NCBI GenBank assembly: GCA_951406725.2
Contig: OX597833.1
Location: 51,584,001 to 51,648,000 of the forward strand
Length of the DNA: 64,000 nt
Direction: 5' to 3'
Origin: Octopus vulgaris
Taxonomy: Eukaryota
Shown here: piece by piece, positions 12,700 through 27,400 of the stretch
Numbering within the stretch: position 1 is the stretch's first letter
How the letters are laid out: each line of letters starts with the position of its first letter
Program-made: the position numbers and the translations under genes
Notes under the pieces: generated by a model
Database searches by the model: none
Told to the model about the DNA's origin: nothing
The model's input: only the letters and a program-made list of their open reading frames with translations

Positions 12700-13175
12700 G
12701 GACAGACAGAGAGAGAGAGAGACGATATGGAATTTCGTTTGACTGACGACGGAGAAGGATGAAGGACGGGAGAGTTTGTGGAGATAAGATGAGGGAAGAG
12801 GTGTAGGAAGAGGAAGTGAGAGAGAGAGAGGGAGAGAGAGAGACGGACAGAGAGAGAGAGAGAGAGAGAGAGACGATATGGAATTTCGTTTGACTGACGA
12901 CGGAGAAGGATGAAGGACGGGAGAGTTTGTGGAGATAAGATGAGGGAAGAGGTGTAGGAAGAGGAGAGAGAGAGGAGAGAGAGAGAGAGGACAGAGAGAG
13001 AGAGAGAGACGGAGAGAGAGAGAGAGAGAGAGAGACGATATGGAATTTCGTTTGACTGACGACGGAGAAGGTTGAAGGACGGGAGAGTTTGTGGAGATAA
13101 GATGAGGGAAGAGGTGTAGGAAGAGGAAGAGGGAGAGAGACAGAGAGAGACAGACAGACAGACAGAGAGAGGGGG
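12419..13175. repeat. Tandem array, 5 units of ~151-162 bp with internal (GA)n
   Basis: CGATATGGAATTTCGTTTGACTGACGACGG at 12421, 12572, 12723, 12874 and 13036. Confidence 0.95.
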
Positions 13176-13760
13176 AGATAGAGTGTGTGTCTGTGTCTCT
13201 GTGTGTATATGTGTATGAGTGAACGAGAGAGAGAACTACGGTGGTGATTAGAGGAGTGAAAAACAAAGATGGCGGAAAGGGGCTGAGCGGGGCCTAAATG
13301 AAAGAAAACCCACATCTGGGAAACTGGTCGAACGCAACTGCACCTCCTCGTTATTCCTTCTTTTCAACTACTTCAATGACTTCATATTTTTATATTTTTC
13401 TTTGTCTTTTTCTTTATCTTTCTTTTTCTTTCTTTTTTTTTCTATCCTTTTTTTCCTTTCCGTCTTTCTTTCTTTCTTTCTTTCTTTCTCACATTCACAT
13501 TTCTTGTTTTTTTCTTTCTCTACACTTCTTTCCTTCGCTCATTCTTTTATTCTTCTTTATGGATTCTTTCGTTTGCTCTCCCACCGACTTTCACTCTCTC
13601 TCATTCCCCCTCCCTCTCTATCTCACTCTCACTATGCGTGTATATGTATGTACGTATACATATATACGCATATGTATGTAAATGTAGGTATGAATGTATC
13701 TATGTATGTATACTTATATATATGCATATACATATACATACATATATATATATATGTATG

Positions 13761-13800
<40 letters not shown>

Positions 13801-13815
13801 CACATATATATATAT

Positions 13816-13865
<50 letters not shown>

Positions 13866-13971
13866 TGCAAATATATATACATGTATATATATATACATGT
13901 ATATATATATATATATACACGTATGTATATATATATATATATATATATATACATACATACATACATGTGTA

Positions 13972-14041
<70 letters not shown>

Positions 14042-14386
14042 CAAAGAGAGGGTAAAAGGTAGCAGTGACTTGAAAACATTATAAGAAGCCCTCGCTAATT
14101 GATTTGGTACCATCGTAGTCTGGAGAAAACCTTAAAAAAAAGGAGAAAAAACTCGTCTCTTCACCTTTTTGGCCTCGCAGCACATCCAGGGTGTGAAAGC
14201 AGGAGGTGAAGCAACCTGCACAAGCACTCGCACGGCTAGTGTTCACATTCTACTGAATACACTGGACCAACGTGAAGTGTAGTGCCTTGCTGAAAGATTC
14301 AACGCACAGACGGGAGCAGGTATTGAATCCATCGCATTAGCATAGGGAACACATATACTAATTATTAGACCTTCATGAATATATAC

Positions 14387-14840
14387 CGACCACATGGTTC
14401 CGGATTCAGTCCCACTGCGTGGCACGTTGGGCAAGTGTCTTCTACTATAGCCTCGGACCGACCAAACCCTCGTAAGTGGATTTGGTAGACGGAAACTGAA
14501 AGGCGGCGAGCTGGCAGAAACGTTAGCACGCCGGGCGAAATGCTTAGCGGTATTTCGTCTGCCGTTACATTCTGAGTTCAAATCCCGCCGAGGTCGACTT
14601 TACCTTTCATCCTTTCGGGGTCGATAAATTAAGTACCAGTTACGCACTGGGGTCGATGTAATCGACTTAATCGCTTTGTCTGTCCTTGTTTGTCCGCTCT
14701 GTGTTTACCTCCTTGTGGGTAATAAAGAAATAGGAAACTGAAAGAAGCCCGTTGTATGTATGTATGTATATGTATATATTTATGTGTGTGGTTGTCCCCC
14801 ACCCCCAACATCGCTTGACAACCGATGTTGGTGTGTTTAC
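14387..14840 (+). mobile_element. SINE family A with a family C copy (14502-14732) nested inside
   Basis: TSD GGAAACTGAAA at 14491-14501 and 14733-14743 flanks the complete family C copy. Confidence 0.9.
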
Positions 14841-15414
14841 TGAGAGATTTAGAAATGTATTATTTCAATGTTCTCTTCTTTCGATTGTAAAACCTAATCA
14901 CTGTAAATCTTCATAAACCGGGTATCGGAGAAATGATTTCTTTCTGTCCAACAAAGAAACCCTTTACAGGTCGAAGAGCCTGCTGGTACCTGTGGTTAAA
15001 CTCCTCCCAAACCACGCCTTATTATCTTAAAGTAGGAAGAAAACGTTGCATAATGTAGTCCTGAATACATTGCTGGATTTACGATAAGCTGATCATAGCC
15101 GGATTATTATGATTAGATCTTCTTGGTTATAGCTAGCGTGAGACTAAACAACAACAGAGCTACAACTGTTTGAGCATCTGAATTATCTCCCATCTCTCTC
15201 TCTCTTTCTCTCTCTCTCACTCTCTTGTCTCTTTTTCTCACTCTCTCTCTCTCTCTTTGTTTCCCTCCTCTCTCTCTCTCGACATATAGACGGATTTAAA
15301 TATATATACACAGACACAGGCACACACACACATACACACATACGCACACACGAACATATAAACTACAAAATAGGACAAAAACATGAGCATATGTATATAT
15401 GTGTGTGTGTGTTG

Positions 15415-15562
15415 TGTGTGGTAAGTAGCTTGCTTACCAGCCATGGTTCCAGGTTCATCCCACTGCGTGGCACCTTGGGCAAGTGTTTCTACTATAGCCT
15501 CGGGCTGACCAAAGCCTTGTGAGTGGATTTGGTAGACGGAAGCTGAAAGAAGCTCGTCGTAT

Positions 15563-15655
<93 letters not shown>

Positions 15656-15850
15656 TGTATGTATGTATGTATACACATATATATGTGTTTTCCCCCCTCC
15701 ATCGCTTGGACAACCGATGCTGGTGTGTTTGCGTCTCGTAACTTGGCGGTTCGACAAAAGTGAATGATTGAATATGCATCAGGCTTACAAACAGTAAGTT
15801 CTGGGGTCGATTTGCTCGACTAAAATGGCGCTGCTCCAGCATGGCCGCAG
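15415..15850 (+). mobile_element. SINE family A
   Basis: Diverged near-full copy. Confidence 0.85.
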
Positions 15851-15987
15851 ATCTCCTGTATGTAAGTAGATATATATATATGTGTGTGTGTGTGTGTGTA
15901 TGTGTATATGTGTATGTATGTCTCTGTGTAATGGATGTATGTATGTGCGAGTGAGTATGTCATGGTACAAAGACATATATATATATA

Positions 15988-16908
15988 AAATTAAGAGGAA
16001 TGACCACCAAAGTGAACTCCTAATATGCTAAAGATAGACGTCAAATCGCCTTACCACGAAGAATGTGTTCTCATGGAAAAAAAAATTCAGAAAAACGCCA
16101 GAATGTAAAATGTTAATATTTACATTCGTTAATATTAACAAGCAAAACCATCTGTCTTGCTAATTTTTACATTCTGGCGTTTTGCTGAAATATTTTTCTT
16201 GAGAACACACTCTTTGTGATAAGGCAATTTGACGTCTATTTTTAGTATATTAGGAGTCCACCTTGGTGGTCTTTCCTCTTAATTTTGTATATAATATAAT
16301 TTTTAATCTTTGAATATTTTAATTATGCTCTTCCACTGGTTTTAATTGATTAATATAAATTTCTACTCTCATTATCTAACTTTTAAATAGCAATGTTCTC
16401 TAACCGGTAAATTAGCTGCAGAAATCTATTAACTGCAGAGTTATTTCCGGCTTCAGTGCGCCAAAATGAAGACATTTGAAAAGTACCCTCAAATATAATA
16501 TGCAGAACTTTATACATATTCTCTTTCGGGTGAGCATCCTGTGTCTAGTTCTAGAAATTGTGTTTTGTAAGCGACAGACAATGCTGATGAGCTTGCAGAT
16601 ATTTACATTCGTAAATATTGACAAATGAAACCATTGGTACATAGGCAATCGTTTTTTTATTTCGTATATTTTCATTTGTCTTGCTCATTATTACATTCTG
16701 GAGTTTTGCTGAAATTTTTTTTTGAGAGCACACTCTTTGTGGTAAGGCGATTTAACGTCTATTTTTTAGCATATTAGGAGTCCCCCTTGGTTGTCATTCC
16801 TCTTAATTTCGAATGTAATATAATTTTTAATCTTCGGATTTTTTTAAATATGCTATGCCACTGGTTTTAATTGATTAACATCAATTTCTACCCTCATTAT
16901 TTAATTTT
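15988..16908. mobile_element. Element with one inverted and two direct terminal repeats (Penelope pseudo-LTR-like), within (TA)n
   Basis: ~15988-16110 is inverted relative to ~16165-16380, which is directly repeated at ~16690-16908. A related sequence occurs at 38935-39257. Confidence 0.65.
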
Positions 16909-17268
16909 ACATATATATTCGCACATACATACATAAATAATACACATATATATATATATATATATGAAAGGGATTTTTCCTTGTGTAGTTTGTCTTGTAC
17001 TCTGTTTTTCTGTTGTAAAAAAATGGTTTGTTCCATGCTTGTTTTTCCGTTTTCGTTTCTCGTTGAGTTCTACGTCTAGTTGTGGTGTCCTGTACTCACG
17101 TATATATTTATATATGCATGTATATGTACATATAGATGTAGGTACGTACATATATGTTTGTATGTATGCATATATTTTATTTATTACACTATTGTTTGAC
17201 AGCGCCCTCGCGTCGATTCGATTCGATTCGTTCGTTTCGTTCCGTTCTTCTTCTTCTCCAAGTACTGT

Positions 17269-17352
<84 letters not shown>

Positions 17353-17493
17353 GTTTGGAAATTCCTTGATACAGTCATAACATTTGGAGAGAAGATTTTT
17401 TTTCTCAAAGAGTGAAGATGAGAAGAGAACTTCACTCTTTGAGAAAAATTCTTCCCTGCAATTACACACACACACACATAAATACACACACAA

Positions 17494-17534
<41 letters not shown>

Positions 17535-17636
17535 CACAAATGTACCTACATATCCGTGCTGTATTAAGATTTCTCTTAAACGTACCGTTGCTAATAACCT
17601 GTTGTTAAAACTCAATACTCATATGTGTGTGTACGC

Positions 17637-17674
<38 letters not shown>

Positions 17675-17832
17675 ATTTGTGTGTGTGAGTGCGTGTGTGT
17701 TTGTGTGAGTGTGCGTATTTGTGTGTATATGCGGATGCGTGTGTATATGTATACATATACATATACATATGCATGCATATGCACATGTATATATATATAC
17801 TCATAAACACGCACGCACACATATATACGTAC

Positions 17833-17890
<58 letters not shown>

Positions 17891-17891
17891 A

Positions 17892-17931
<40 letters not shown>

Positions 17932-17939
17932 TGTCTGTG

Positions 17940-17989
<50 letters not shown>

Positions 17990-18107
17990 TTATTTATATA
18001 TATATATTTATATATATATATATTATATATTATATATATATATATTATACATAAACACACACACACATATATATATTATATATTATATATATATATATTA
18101 TACATAA

Positions 18108-18169
<62 letters not shown>

Positions 18170-18452
18170 CATGCACACTCATACACATATATATTTGACT
18201 GTTTCTCAAAATACAACAGATTCTATTTTCGTGCAACAGAATACTTTCATCCTATAATAGAGTACAGAGACTGCGATTGACAAACAAGCCAGAATACATT
18301 TCTGTTTGTGGAGTTTCACTTAATGTGTAAAACATATGATTCAAACGCATTGAGCCTTGCAGTGAAAACCGTTGAGTGTATGCCTTTGTGTGAGTGTGTG
18401 TGTGAGCGTGTGTGTGCGTGATACAATTATATAAATAAAGAAATGACCTATA

Positions 18453-18490
<38 letters not shown>

Positions 18491-18500
18491 AGTATATAAG

Positions 18501-18576
<76 letters not shown>

Positions 18577-18596
18577 AGTATATATATATATGTAAG

Positions 18597-18720
<124 letters not shown>

Positions 18721-18821
18721 TATATGTAAGTATATACATATATATAGGTTGTTTCATTATTTCTATAATTGTATCACGCGCAAACATAATATACATACAT
18801 ATACATTTATATATATATATA

Positions 18822-18879
<58 letters not shown>

Positions 18880-18884
18880 TATAC

Positions 18885-18968
<84 letters not shown>

Positions 18969-19131
18969 GTATACATATGTGATGAGATGAAAGTGTTTGG
19001 TATAAGCTATGGAACTTTAAGGTGAAACTAAGTCAAATTGTTATTAAATACATGAAATTCTAACCAAATGTGTTGGAATTACATGACTTTCGTTTGCTCA
19101 CGTACTGATGTGTGTATGGGTGTATGTGTGC

Positions 19132-19214
<83 letters not shown>

Positions 19215-20244
19215 TATGTGTGTACATATACACATGCTTACTTACAATATACGTATCCATACATACAGACAAACGCACACACGCACACATTTATATCGTA
19301 CATGTAATGTATATACATATGTATATATCGAAATACATACATATGTAACAGAATATATTTTAGTTTACATGTGTATGTACACGTCAGACGGTGGTCGTTT
19401 CAGCATGAGATAAATCATATCATTTTTGATAATTGATATTTCTATTTAGTATTTTAATTTCCATATTGCTTACCGTATGGGATCCAGTAAGCACTGAACG
19501 CTTTTATGCTATGTTTTCACTACCTCAGCTGATAAAACATACCTGCAAAATTCTCTGATATCTGAAATCTCTGAGAGAATGTTGTTACTTGTTTTATCCC
19601 ATTCTATACCATTTCATTGCACATAGTCATGAAATATAGTTGTACTTCAGTTCGCCATTTTGGTATCGACATATAATATCATTTATGCATTATCGACATA
19701 TCATTTATGCTCGCATATAATATCATTTATGTGAGAGACCTACTCGCAAGCAGAAGTCGATGAAGTTAAATGGATTATGTCAACTAAACTACAGATTATA
19801 CACCGACTTCTTTATCTGATATTTGTTCCGTGCTAATGTCTAACAAGCTCAAGAAAGGCTATATTTCATGCTAATATGATCTCCTCAAGTTTACGGGAAA
19901 AACCTCCATGCGTAATATTTTTGAGGTATGCGAGGATGTTTCACTTTTATGTGTTTGCTGGGGTATGCTATCCCTACACATATGGGTTCACATCGGAAGT
20001 CATCAGTGAGAGCTTTTTTTAAAAGATAAACTACCGATCCGCGAAATTTTATTCACTTCATTCATAAGGGCATGGTTACTGCATAAATTCTTTTGCTGCC
20101 GTTGTGTGGCAAATCCTAAAAGATACGATATGTCACTCAAAGGGTGTCTATACTGTTCTTCCTACCTCTTACTTCTAAGATAAATTCAGTCTGAACCACT
20201 GCTTCTGTAGAAGTTTGAGGTTGTTGTCAGGATCTTGTATAATA

Positions 20245-20500
20245 TATTTTCACCAATACCTGGGTATTTGTAGGAAACACTTTATGGAACAGAAGAGATT
20301 CGAAGACCGCTGATGCAAAGGTTTTGGATGTAAGGACCATTTTTCCACGCTCAATTGTTAAATTATAATCATTCGTTTTGGCCAAATTCTATCTCTGATT
20401 CAGCAGAAAAAATGTTTTGATTAAATCCGGCTGTTCCTTACTATTGGAAATATTTCGAGCATAGATCTTTAGATTGTCTTCAAAAAGATTATTGATTATA
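20245..20500 (-). pseudogene. Decayed reverse transcriptase remnant of an R4/Dong-like non-LTR retrotransposon
   Basis: Manual translation gives INNLFEDNLKIYARN...EFGQNE*...SYKYPGIGENI, matching RT motifs LFxDDLKLY, FGxxKC and YKYLG, with stops and frameshifts. Confidence 0.65.
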
Positions 20501-20896
20501 TTGTAGCTATTGAGGCATGGGTGTAAGACCTGCGGCATTCCCAGTCGGCAAGTACTGTCGTCTGCGATTTAATTAATTCATATAACAGCCATAGATACCA
20601 AGCAATTGTAATAATACATAACAGAATATATTTACTGAACTCTTGCAAAATAGATAGAAACTAGCGCTAAATGATCGCGACAATACATACAAACGTAAAA
20701 AAAATAAGGAAAATGAACAGAAAAGATCGTCAAAATGAACGCGAAAAGACGATTGGCGATAGCAATAAACTCTATCAGACGTACGATACTTGCCAAGAGT
20801 CTATCGAATGGCTCAATGTTAAAATGCAGAATTGTAACGCATACTTCAGCATGTCATCCTGAAAATACCTATTTCTTTGCACTTAGTTGATGCATC

Positions 20897-21284
20897 GGAG
20901 GCGCAATGGCCCAGTAGTTAAGGCAGCGGACTCGCGGTCGTAGGATCGCGGTTTCGATTCCCAGACCGGGCGTTGTGAGTGTTTATTGAGCGAAAACACC
21001 TAAAGCTCCACGAGGCTCCGGCATGTGATGGTGGTGATCCCTGCTGTACTCTTTCACCACAACTTTCTCTCACTCTTACTTCCTGTTTCTGTTGTACCTG
21101 TATTTCAAGGGGCCGGCCTTGTCACTCTCTGTGTCACGCTGAATATCCCCGAGAACTACGTTAAGGGTACACGTGTCTGTGGAGTGCTCAGCCACTTACA
21201 CGTTAATATCACGAGCAGGCTGTTCCGTTGATTCGGATCAACCGGAACCCTCATCGTCGTAACCGACGGAGTGCTAAGAGAGAG
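20897..21284 (+). mobile_element. SINE family B, full length
   Basis: 12-bp TSD AGTTGATGCATC (20885-20896, 21285-21296). Confidence 0.92.
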
Positions 21285-21664
21285 AGTTGATGCATCATAG
21301 AGTTACAAATAAAACCAATTGAGCCGTTAGGTAAAGGCGGTAGAATACCTTCACATTCTCGAGTATGGTGTACTCTGCTACAACACCACAACACACTGGT
21401 GTGAATTCAAATTATCGTACTTGACATGATTCAAAAATTCGTATTCATTGGGCACTTGAAGGACCCATTCAAACTTAAAACCCCCCAAGGACACGATTTC
21501 ACAATAGTTTCTCACCAAAGACAATCTGAAAGAAATCAACAAATTATTAAAAGAAAGTTAAAGTAAATAAATAGTTGTATGTTCCTTCTTAGATTTATTT
21601 TAAATATTATTAATATCAAGGTTAAAACTACTGTGGAACTGTCACACAAGTTGATTTCGGTTCT

Positions 21665-21908
21665 ATTTTCTTCTCAAGTCATACGATCTCATAAGGGCCG
21701 GTTTCCCCGTTTTCCATGCCGTATATACCCATCTGGACGGGACACCGATCCGTCTCAAGATTACTCATTTTTGCCTGTTGAGTGGACTGGAGCAACGTGA
21801 AATGATGTATTTCACTCAAGAACACAACACGTTGCCCGGTCCAGGAATCGAAACCACAATCATACGATCATGAATTCGACACGCTAACCACTAAGCCATG
21901 CGCTTCCA
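21665..21908 (-). mobile_element. tRNA-derived SINE (family D-like head, tail shared with 8307-8620)
   Basis: tRNA-like head, then TTGAGTGAAATACATCATTTCACGTTGCTCCAGTCCACTCA, then tail GGAAACCGGCCC. Confidence 0.7.
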
Positions 21909-22313
21909 TTTCGGTCTCATTGGACAGCGATAAAATTTTAATATGGCTTTCAAGTGTGAAAAAAAGGTTTTCTACACTAGCCCTAGCACATTATCAGAGG
22001 ATTTTCACAGAAAGAATTACAGCAAATTGAGAAACAAGACAACCAGAAACATGCATTGACTGCCGCCTTGGAATACTCCTTTTGAATTCTTTATGACTTC
22101 GGAGATAATCATTCTACTTGCACCGACAAGAGTGTGGAATATAGACCAGGTTTTCGTGAGACTTCCAACGTTAGTAAGGAAGGAAAGATAAGAGATAGTT
22201 TTGCTAACTATTGTAGATAGATACGTACAAATACATACATATATATATATATGTATGTATATATATATATATGTATGTATGTATATATATATATATGTAT
22301 GTATGTATATATA

Positions 22314-22349
<36 letters not shown>

Positions 22350-22561
22350 TGTATGTATGTATGTATGTATGTATATATATGTATAAGTATATACATACAT
22401 ATGTATATATATGTGTCTTTGTGTGTGTTTAATGAACATATATACAAACACATGCATGGATGAACACACATATACGGTGTTGTATACGTATACATATATA
22501 CATATACATATACATATACATGTGTGTGTGTATACATATGCATGTATTTATATTTGTGTGA

Positions 22562-22622
<61 letters not shown>

Positions 22623-22631
22623 CATACATAC

Positions 22632-22737
<106 letters not shown>

Positions 22738-23100
22738 TAAGTATGTTGTACATACGAAAGCTTTCCAAACGCAACAAGGAACCCAAAACATCATAAACTT
22801 GTTATAGACGCTGATGGGTTGCATAGGTAGAGGCAGTGAACCTCAGCACATTACCATCAAACTCAGTCGCAGAATGAAACTTAACCATTTCACAGCACCT
22901 GCTACGTCACAGTCAGAGAATCCTTCAGACTTAAATCGCTAACATGTGGCATACTCCACCAAAATAGAAAAAATAAAAAAATAATACATTGACAGAGATT
23001 GTAGCAATCCTATATATGTATTCTCTTGTCTTAATAACATTTCCTAACCGAAACACACGCACTCTGTCTTTCCATCTCACTCTCTCTCACTCTCTCACTC

Positions 23101-23169
<69 letters not shown>

Positions 23170-23313
23170 TTATCTATCTCTCTTTCCGCCTTTCTCTGTT
23201 GTATGTTATTATGTATGTATTAAAAGTAAATTATTTTACACTATGTTACCCTGTTGTGTACTTTATATATGTGTGTGTGAATGTATATGTGTCTCAATGC
23301 GTAAGCGAAAGTG

Positions 23314-23402
<89 letters not shown>

Positions 23403-23609
23403 TGATAGATAGATAGGCAGACACATACATGTATAGATATGAACGCAGACGTTTGTAGATATATATGCTTGAGTATTTCTGTGTGTGCATGCGTAAATAC
23501 GCATATAACAATATATGTGTGTGCGCTTGCTTATGCACTCACGTGTATGTACATATATATATATAATATATATATATAATATATATATATATAATTATAT
23601 ATATATACA

Positions 23610-23654
<45 letters not shown>

Positions 23655-23759
23655 CATTATATATATATATATACAATATATATATATATACACAATATAT
23701 ATATATATACAATATATATATATATACAATATATATATACAATATATATATATATATAT

Positions 23760-23805
<46 letters not shown>

Positions 23806-24233
23806 GCAAAGAATAAGTCCTGTGATCGATTTGCTCGACTAAAGGCGCTGCTCCACCATGGCCGCAATCAAAATGACTGAAACAAGTGAAAGAGTAAAGA
23901 GTATATATATATTTGTATACATCCATTTGTTGATAAGTAGATCGATCGATTAATCAATGGACAGATAGATAGATCGATAAAGACAGGCAGATCATATATA
24001 CATAGATACATGCATGCATACAAACATACAAACATACAAACAAACGTACATCCATCCATCCATCCATACATACATACATACATACAATCACCTTATATGA
24101 TAACAATAATATCAATTGATCGAAAATATTGAAAATATAGATCAATGCGAATTGGGGTACATCTGGCCGTTAAATCGATGAGAGCCGTAGCGGTTTAATA
24201 GAACTCCTCTCAATAACATACACATGCACACAA

Positions 24234-24265
<32 letters not shown>

Positions 24266-24296
24266 ATTTATATATATATATATGTATATATATATG

Positions 24297-24371
<75 letters not shown>

Positions 24372-24468
24372 TTAAGCATATACATGTGTATGTGTGAATC
24401 TAATCTCCCATGTGTATATGTATGTGCGTATGAATATGTATGTGTATGCAACTAGGTGTTTGTCTATG

Positions 24469-24504
<36 letters not shown>

Positions 24505-24530
24505 AAAATGTATAGTTCTAATACACAGTG

Positions 24531-24564
<34 letters not shown>

Positions 24565-25386
24565 CCACAGAGTTTCCCACATACAGTCCCACACGCGCAA
24601 ACACTTGCTCTTGCTGGTGTATGCATTATTTACATATTTATCATAGGTACGACACTGTATCCATGTAACGGTCCTGTAAACATGACAAGTTATTAAAATT
24701 CCTTTCATATCAGCTTCGTTCTAACACGATCTCTGACAGAGATCTAAGAGATATTGTATGTCTTTTTAGCTTTACACATGCTCCCTATCGGTGGTGGTAG
24801 CCACCTTTAATGTCTCAATAACGCTCCTCCTCCCTTTTCTTAATCGTTGACTTCGTGGTGATAGGGGCGGGTTAATAGGAGTAGATTATTTTTGTGGGTG
24901 ATTAGGGTGGTGGTCAGAGATGATGTCTTTAGTGACATGACAACAAATTCGTCTTCGCCAAAGTTTTGACGGCTCCAAGTGTAAATTTCTAATTTCGCAT
25001 ACAGTTGCTTTTGTTTTTGTTGTGGTTGCTGTTGTTGTTGTTTTGGTGGTTGTTATTAAGCTCCAAATTAGCCTTGACGGAAACAAATCCATGATCAAAG
25101 CGTTCCTTCCATGACCATCTCATCCTTATCAAAGGCATTGTATTTGTAGGTCTACGCTGTCATTATTAGTTGTGCCTAAGGCAGCGAGCTGGTAGAATCG
25201 TTAACACGCCGGGCGAACTGTTTAGTGATATTTCGTCTGCCGTTACGTTCTTAAATTCCGAGTTCGTTTTCAATTTTTTCGTTTTCAACTTTTTTCCGCC
25301 AAGGTCAACTTTGCCTTTCATTCGTTTTCAACTTTTTTAAGGTCAACTTTGCCTTTCATTCGTTTTCAACTTTTTTGTTTTGAAGC

Positions 25387-26087
25387 TAAAAATAGATGGG
25401 TAAGGAAAATAATGCATGGTCAATTTCATAGGGATGTTGAAGATGAGGTAAACAGAGAAAAAAGATGGTTGCGGATGACTCAAAGTGATCTAAGACTGGA
25501 AACGGAGGCTCTAATCTGTGCTGCCCAAGAGCAAGCCCTATGAACAAACTGCATAAAATACAGAATAGACAACACACCAGAAAGTGATAAGTGCAGAATC
25601 TGTAGACAAAACGGTGAAACCGTATGACATATTACCAGCTAATGTATGCCGCTTGCCCAGAAGGAATATAAGAGACGCCACAACAATATAGCCAGGCTTG
25701 TCCACTGAACACTTTGCAACAAGTTTGGACTTGACAGAACAAAAAATTGGTACGACCACAAACCCGAAGGCATCGTCGAAAATAGAAATGTAAAGATCCT
25801 ATGGGATTTTATGATTCAGTGCGACCATGAAATAGAGAATAGGAAGCCAGACATAATCTTAATTGAGAAAAAAAAAAAACTATGCTGGATCATAGATGTA
25901 GCATGCCCAGCTGACAAGGAATGCGATAAGGAAGAAAGAAAAGTTGAGTGATATAACAGGTTAGCTTGGGAAGTTAAGCAGTTGTGGTCAATGAAAAAGG
26001 TGACAGTAGTACCAATAATTGTCGAAGCTCTGGGAACAGTGAGCAAAAATCACGAGAAGTACTTGGAAATACTGGGGCTGCAATAAG
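25387..26087 (+). pseudogene. R4/Dong-clade non-LTR retrotransposon, CCHC and restriction-like endonuclease region, defective
   Basis: MHGQF...ETEALICAAQEQAL*...CRIC...HITS*C..LAQKEYKRRHN...LWDF...RKPDI...IIDVACP...VVPIIVEALG, with several stops. Confidence 0.9.
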
Positions 26088-26108
26088 GCAATTCAACCTC
26101 AATCCATC

Positions 26109-26998
26109 TATAAATACCTTGGAATACTTGAAGCAGATGGAATCAAACACAATGACATGAAAGAAAAGACAGAAAGAGAGTACCTGCAGGGAGTGAGAAA
26201 TATATTGGCTTCAAAGCTAAATGCCCGAGGCATAATTTCGGCTATAAACTCACGCGCAGGTGCAGTAGTTCGGTATGGCACTGGAATCCTGAATAGGAAT
26301 AGAAGAGGAACTAAAGCAGACGGACAGGAAGTCAAGAAAGTTTCTAACCATGCATGGAGCATGGTCGATGAAAAAGGTGGCAGTAGTACCAATAATTGTC
26401 GGAGCTCTGGGAACAGTGAGCAAAACTCACGAGAAGTACTTGGAAATATTAGGGCTGCAATAAGGGTATTGGGGCTGCAATAAGGTAATTCAACCTCAAT
26501 CCATCTATAAATCCCATAGGATCTTTACTTTTCTATTTTCGACGATGCCTTCGGGTTTGTGGACGTACCAATTTTTTGTTCTGTCAAGTCCATACTTGTT
26601 GCAAAGTGTTCAGTGGTCAAGCCTGGTTATATTGTTGTGACGTCTCTTATATTCCTTCTGTGCTAGCAGCATACATTGGCTGGTAATATGCCATACGGTT
26701 TCACCGTTTTGTACACAGATTCTGCACTTATCACTTTCTGCTGTGTTGTCTATTCTGTATTTTATGCAGTTTGTTCATAGGGCTTGTTCTTGGGCAGCAC
26801 AGATTAGAGCCTCCGTTTCCGTTCTTAGATCACTTTTAGTCATCCGCAGCCCTCTACGTGCAGACACTGATCGCCTATGCATGAAGAGAGCAAATGGAAG
26901 AAAAGGATTGATAAGTGTAGGAGACTGTTTGCATATCGAACTGGAGAGCTTAATGAGATACCTAGCCCAAAGTAAGGAAACCTTGCTTGTGACAGTTA
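26109..26998 (+). pseudogene. Scrambled R4/Dong-like RT C-terminal pieces, with a duplication (26362-26510) and an inverted copy (26520-26850) of the preceding element
   Basis: YKYLGILEADGIKH...KLNARGIISAIN...VVRYG and ADTDRLCMKRANGRKGLISV. 26520-26850 is the reverse complement of ~25470-25800. Confidence 0.85.
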
Positions 26999-27400
26999 GT
27001 TAAGTTAAGTTAATTTTTTTGGCTCAAAAAGCAAAAAGCAAGGCCATGTAGGGGGACATGGAATTATGTACAGGGTGGTGTTCATGCAAAGAGTTCAGGC
27101 CATTTCTGGTCAAGAGAGACTTTGAACCGAGCGGTCATCGGCATCTTCACTATCTCGTCTGGCAGCTTATTCCACGGATCCACAACCCGGACGGAGAAAG
27201 CCCCTCTCCTTCGATTGTGATGAAATCGTCGTAGATAGAGTTTTTCGGAGTGACCCCGCAGCCGACGCTCTGGAGCAGGAGTGAAGAACAGCTCTTTCGA
27301 GAGGTTACACTTTCCGCTTATGATGTTGTGAGTAAGAATGAGATCACCACGGCGTCGTCGGTTTTCTAGAGAATAAAGGTCGAGCGTCTTCAGCCTTTCT
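26999..27400 (-). mobile_element. CR1-clade LINE 3' end (ORF2 C-terminus, 3' UTR, (AACTT)n tail)
   Basis: ERLKTLDLYSLENRRRRGDLI...LRGHSEKL...FSVRVVDPWNKLP...FKVSLD* is a typical CR1 C-terminus. Confidence 0.9.

Noticed and set aside
12140-13380. Possible exon (12140-12380) and YY1-like AAGATGGCGG promoter motif (~13266)
   Set aside because: There is no recognisable protein similarity or splice structure, and a single short motif is not evidence.
16040-16210. Decayed hammerhead in the inverted-repeat family (CTCAAGA...CAAAACGCC)
   Set aside because: Several invariant core positions differ in all copies seen and stem II is not evident.
20897-20970. tRNA genes at SINE heads (also 11144, 41031, 51701)
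   Set aside because: The A and B boxes continue into multi-copy SINE bodies, some with TSDs, and the acceptor stems are incomplete.
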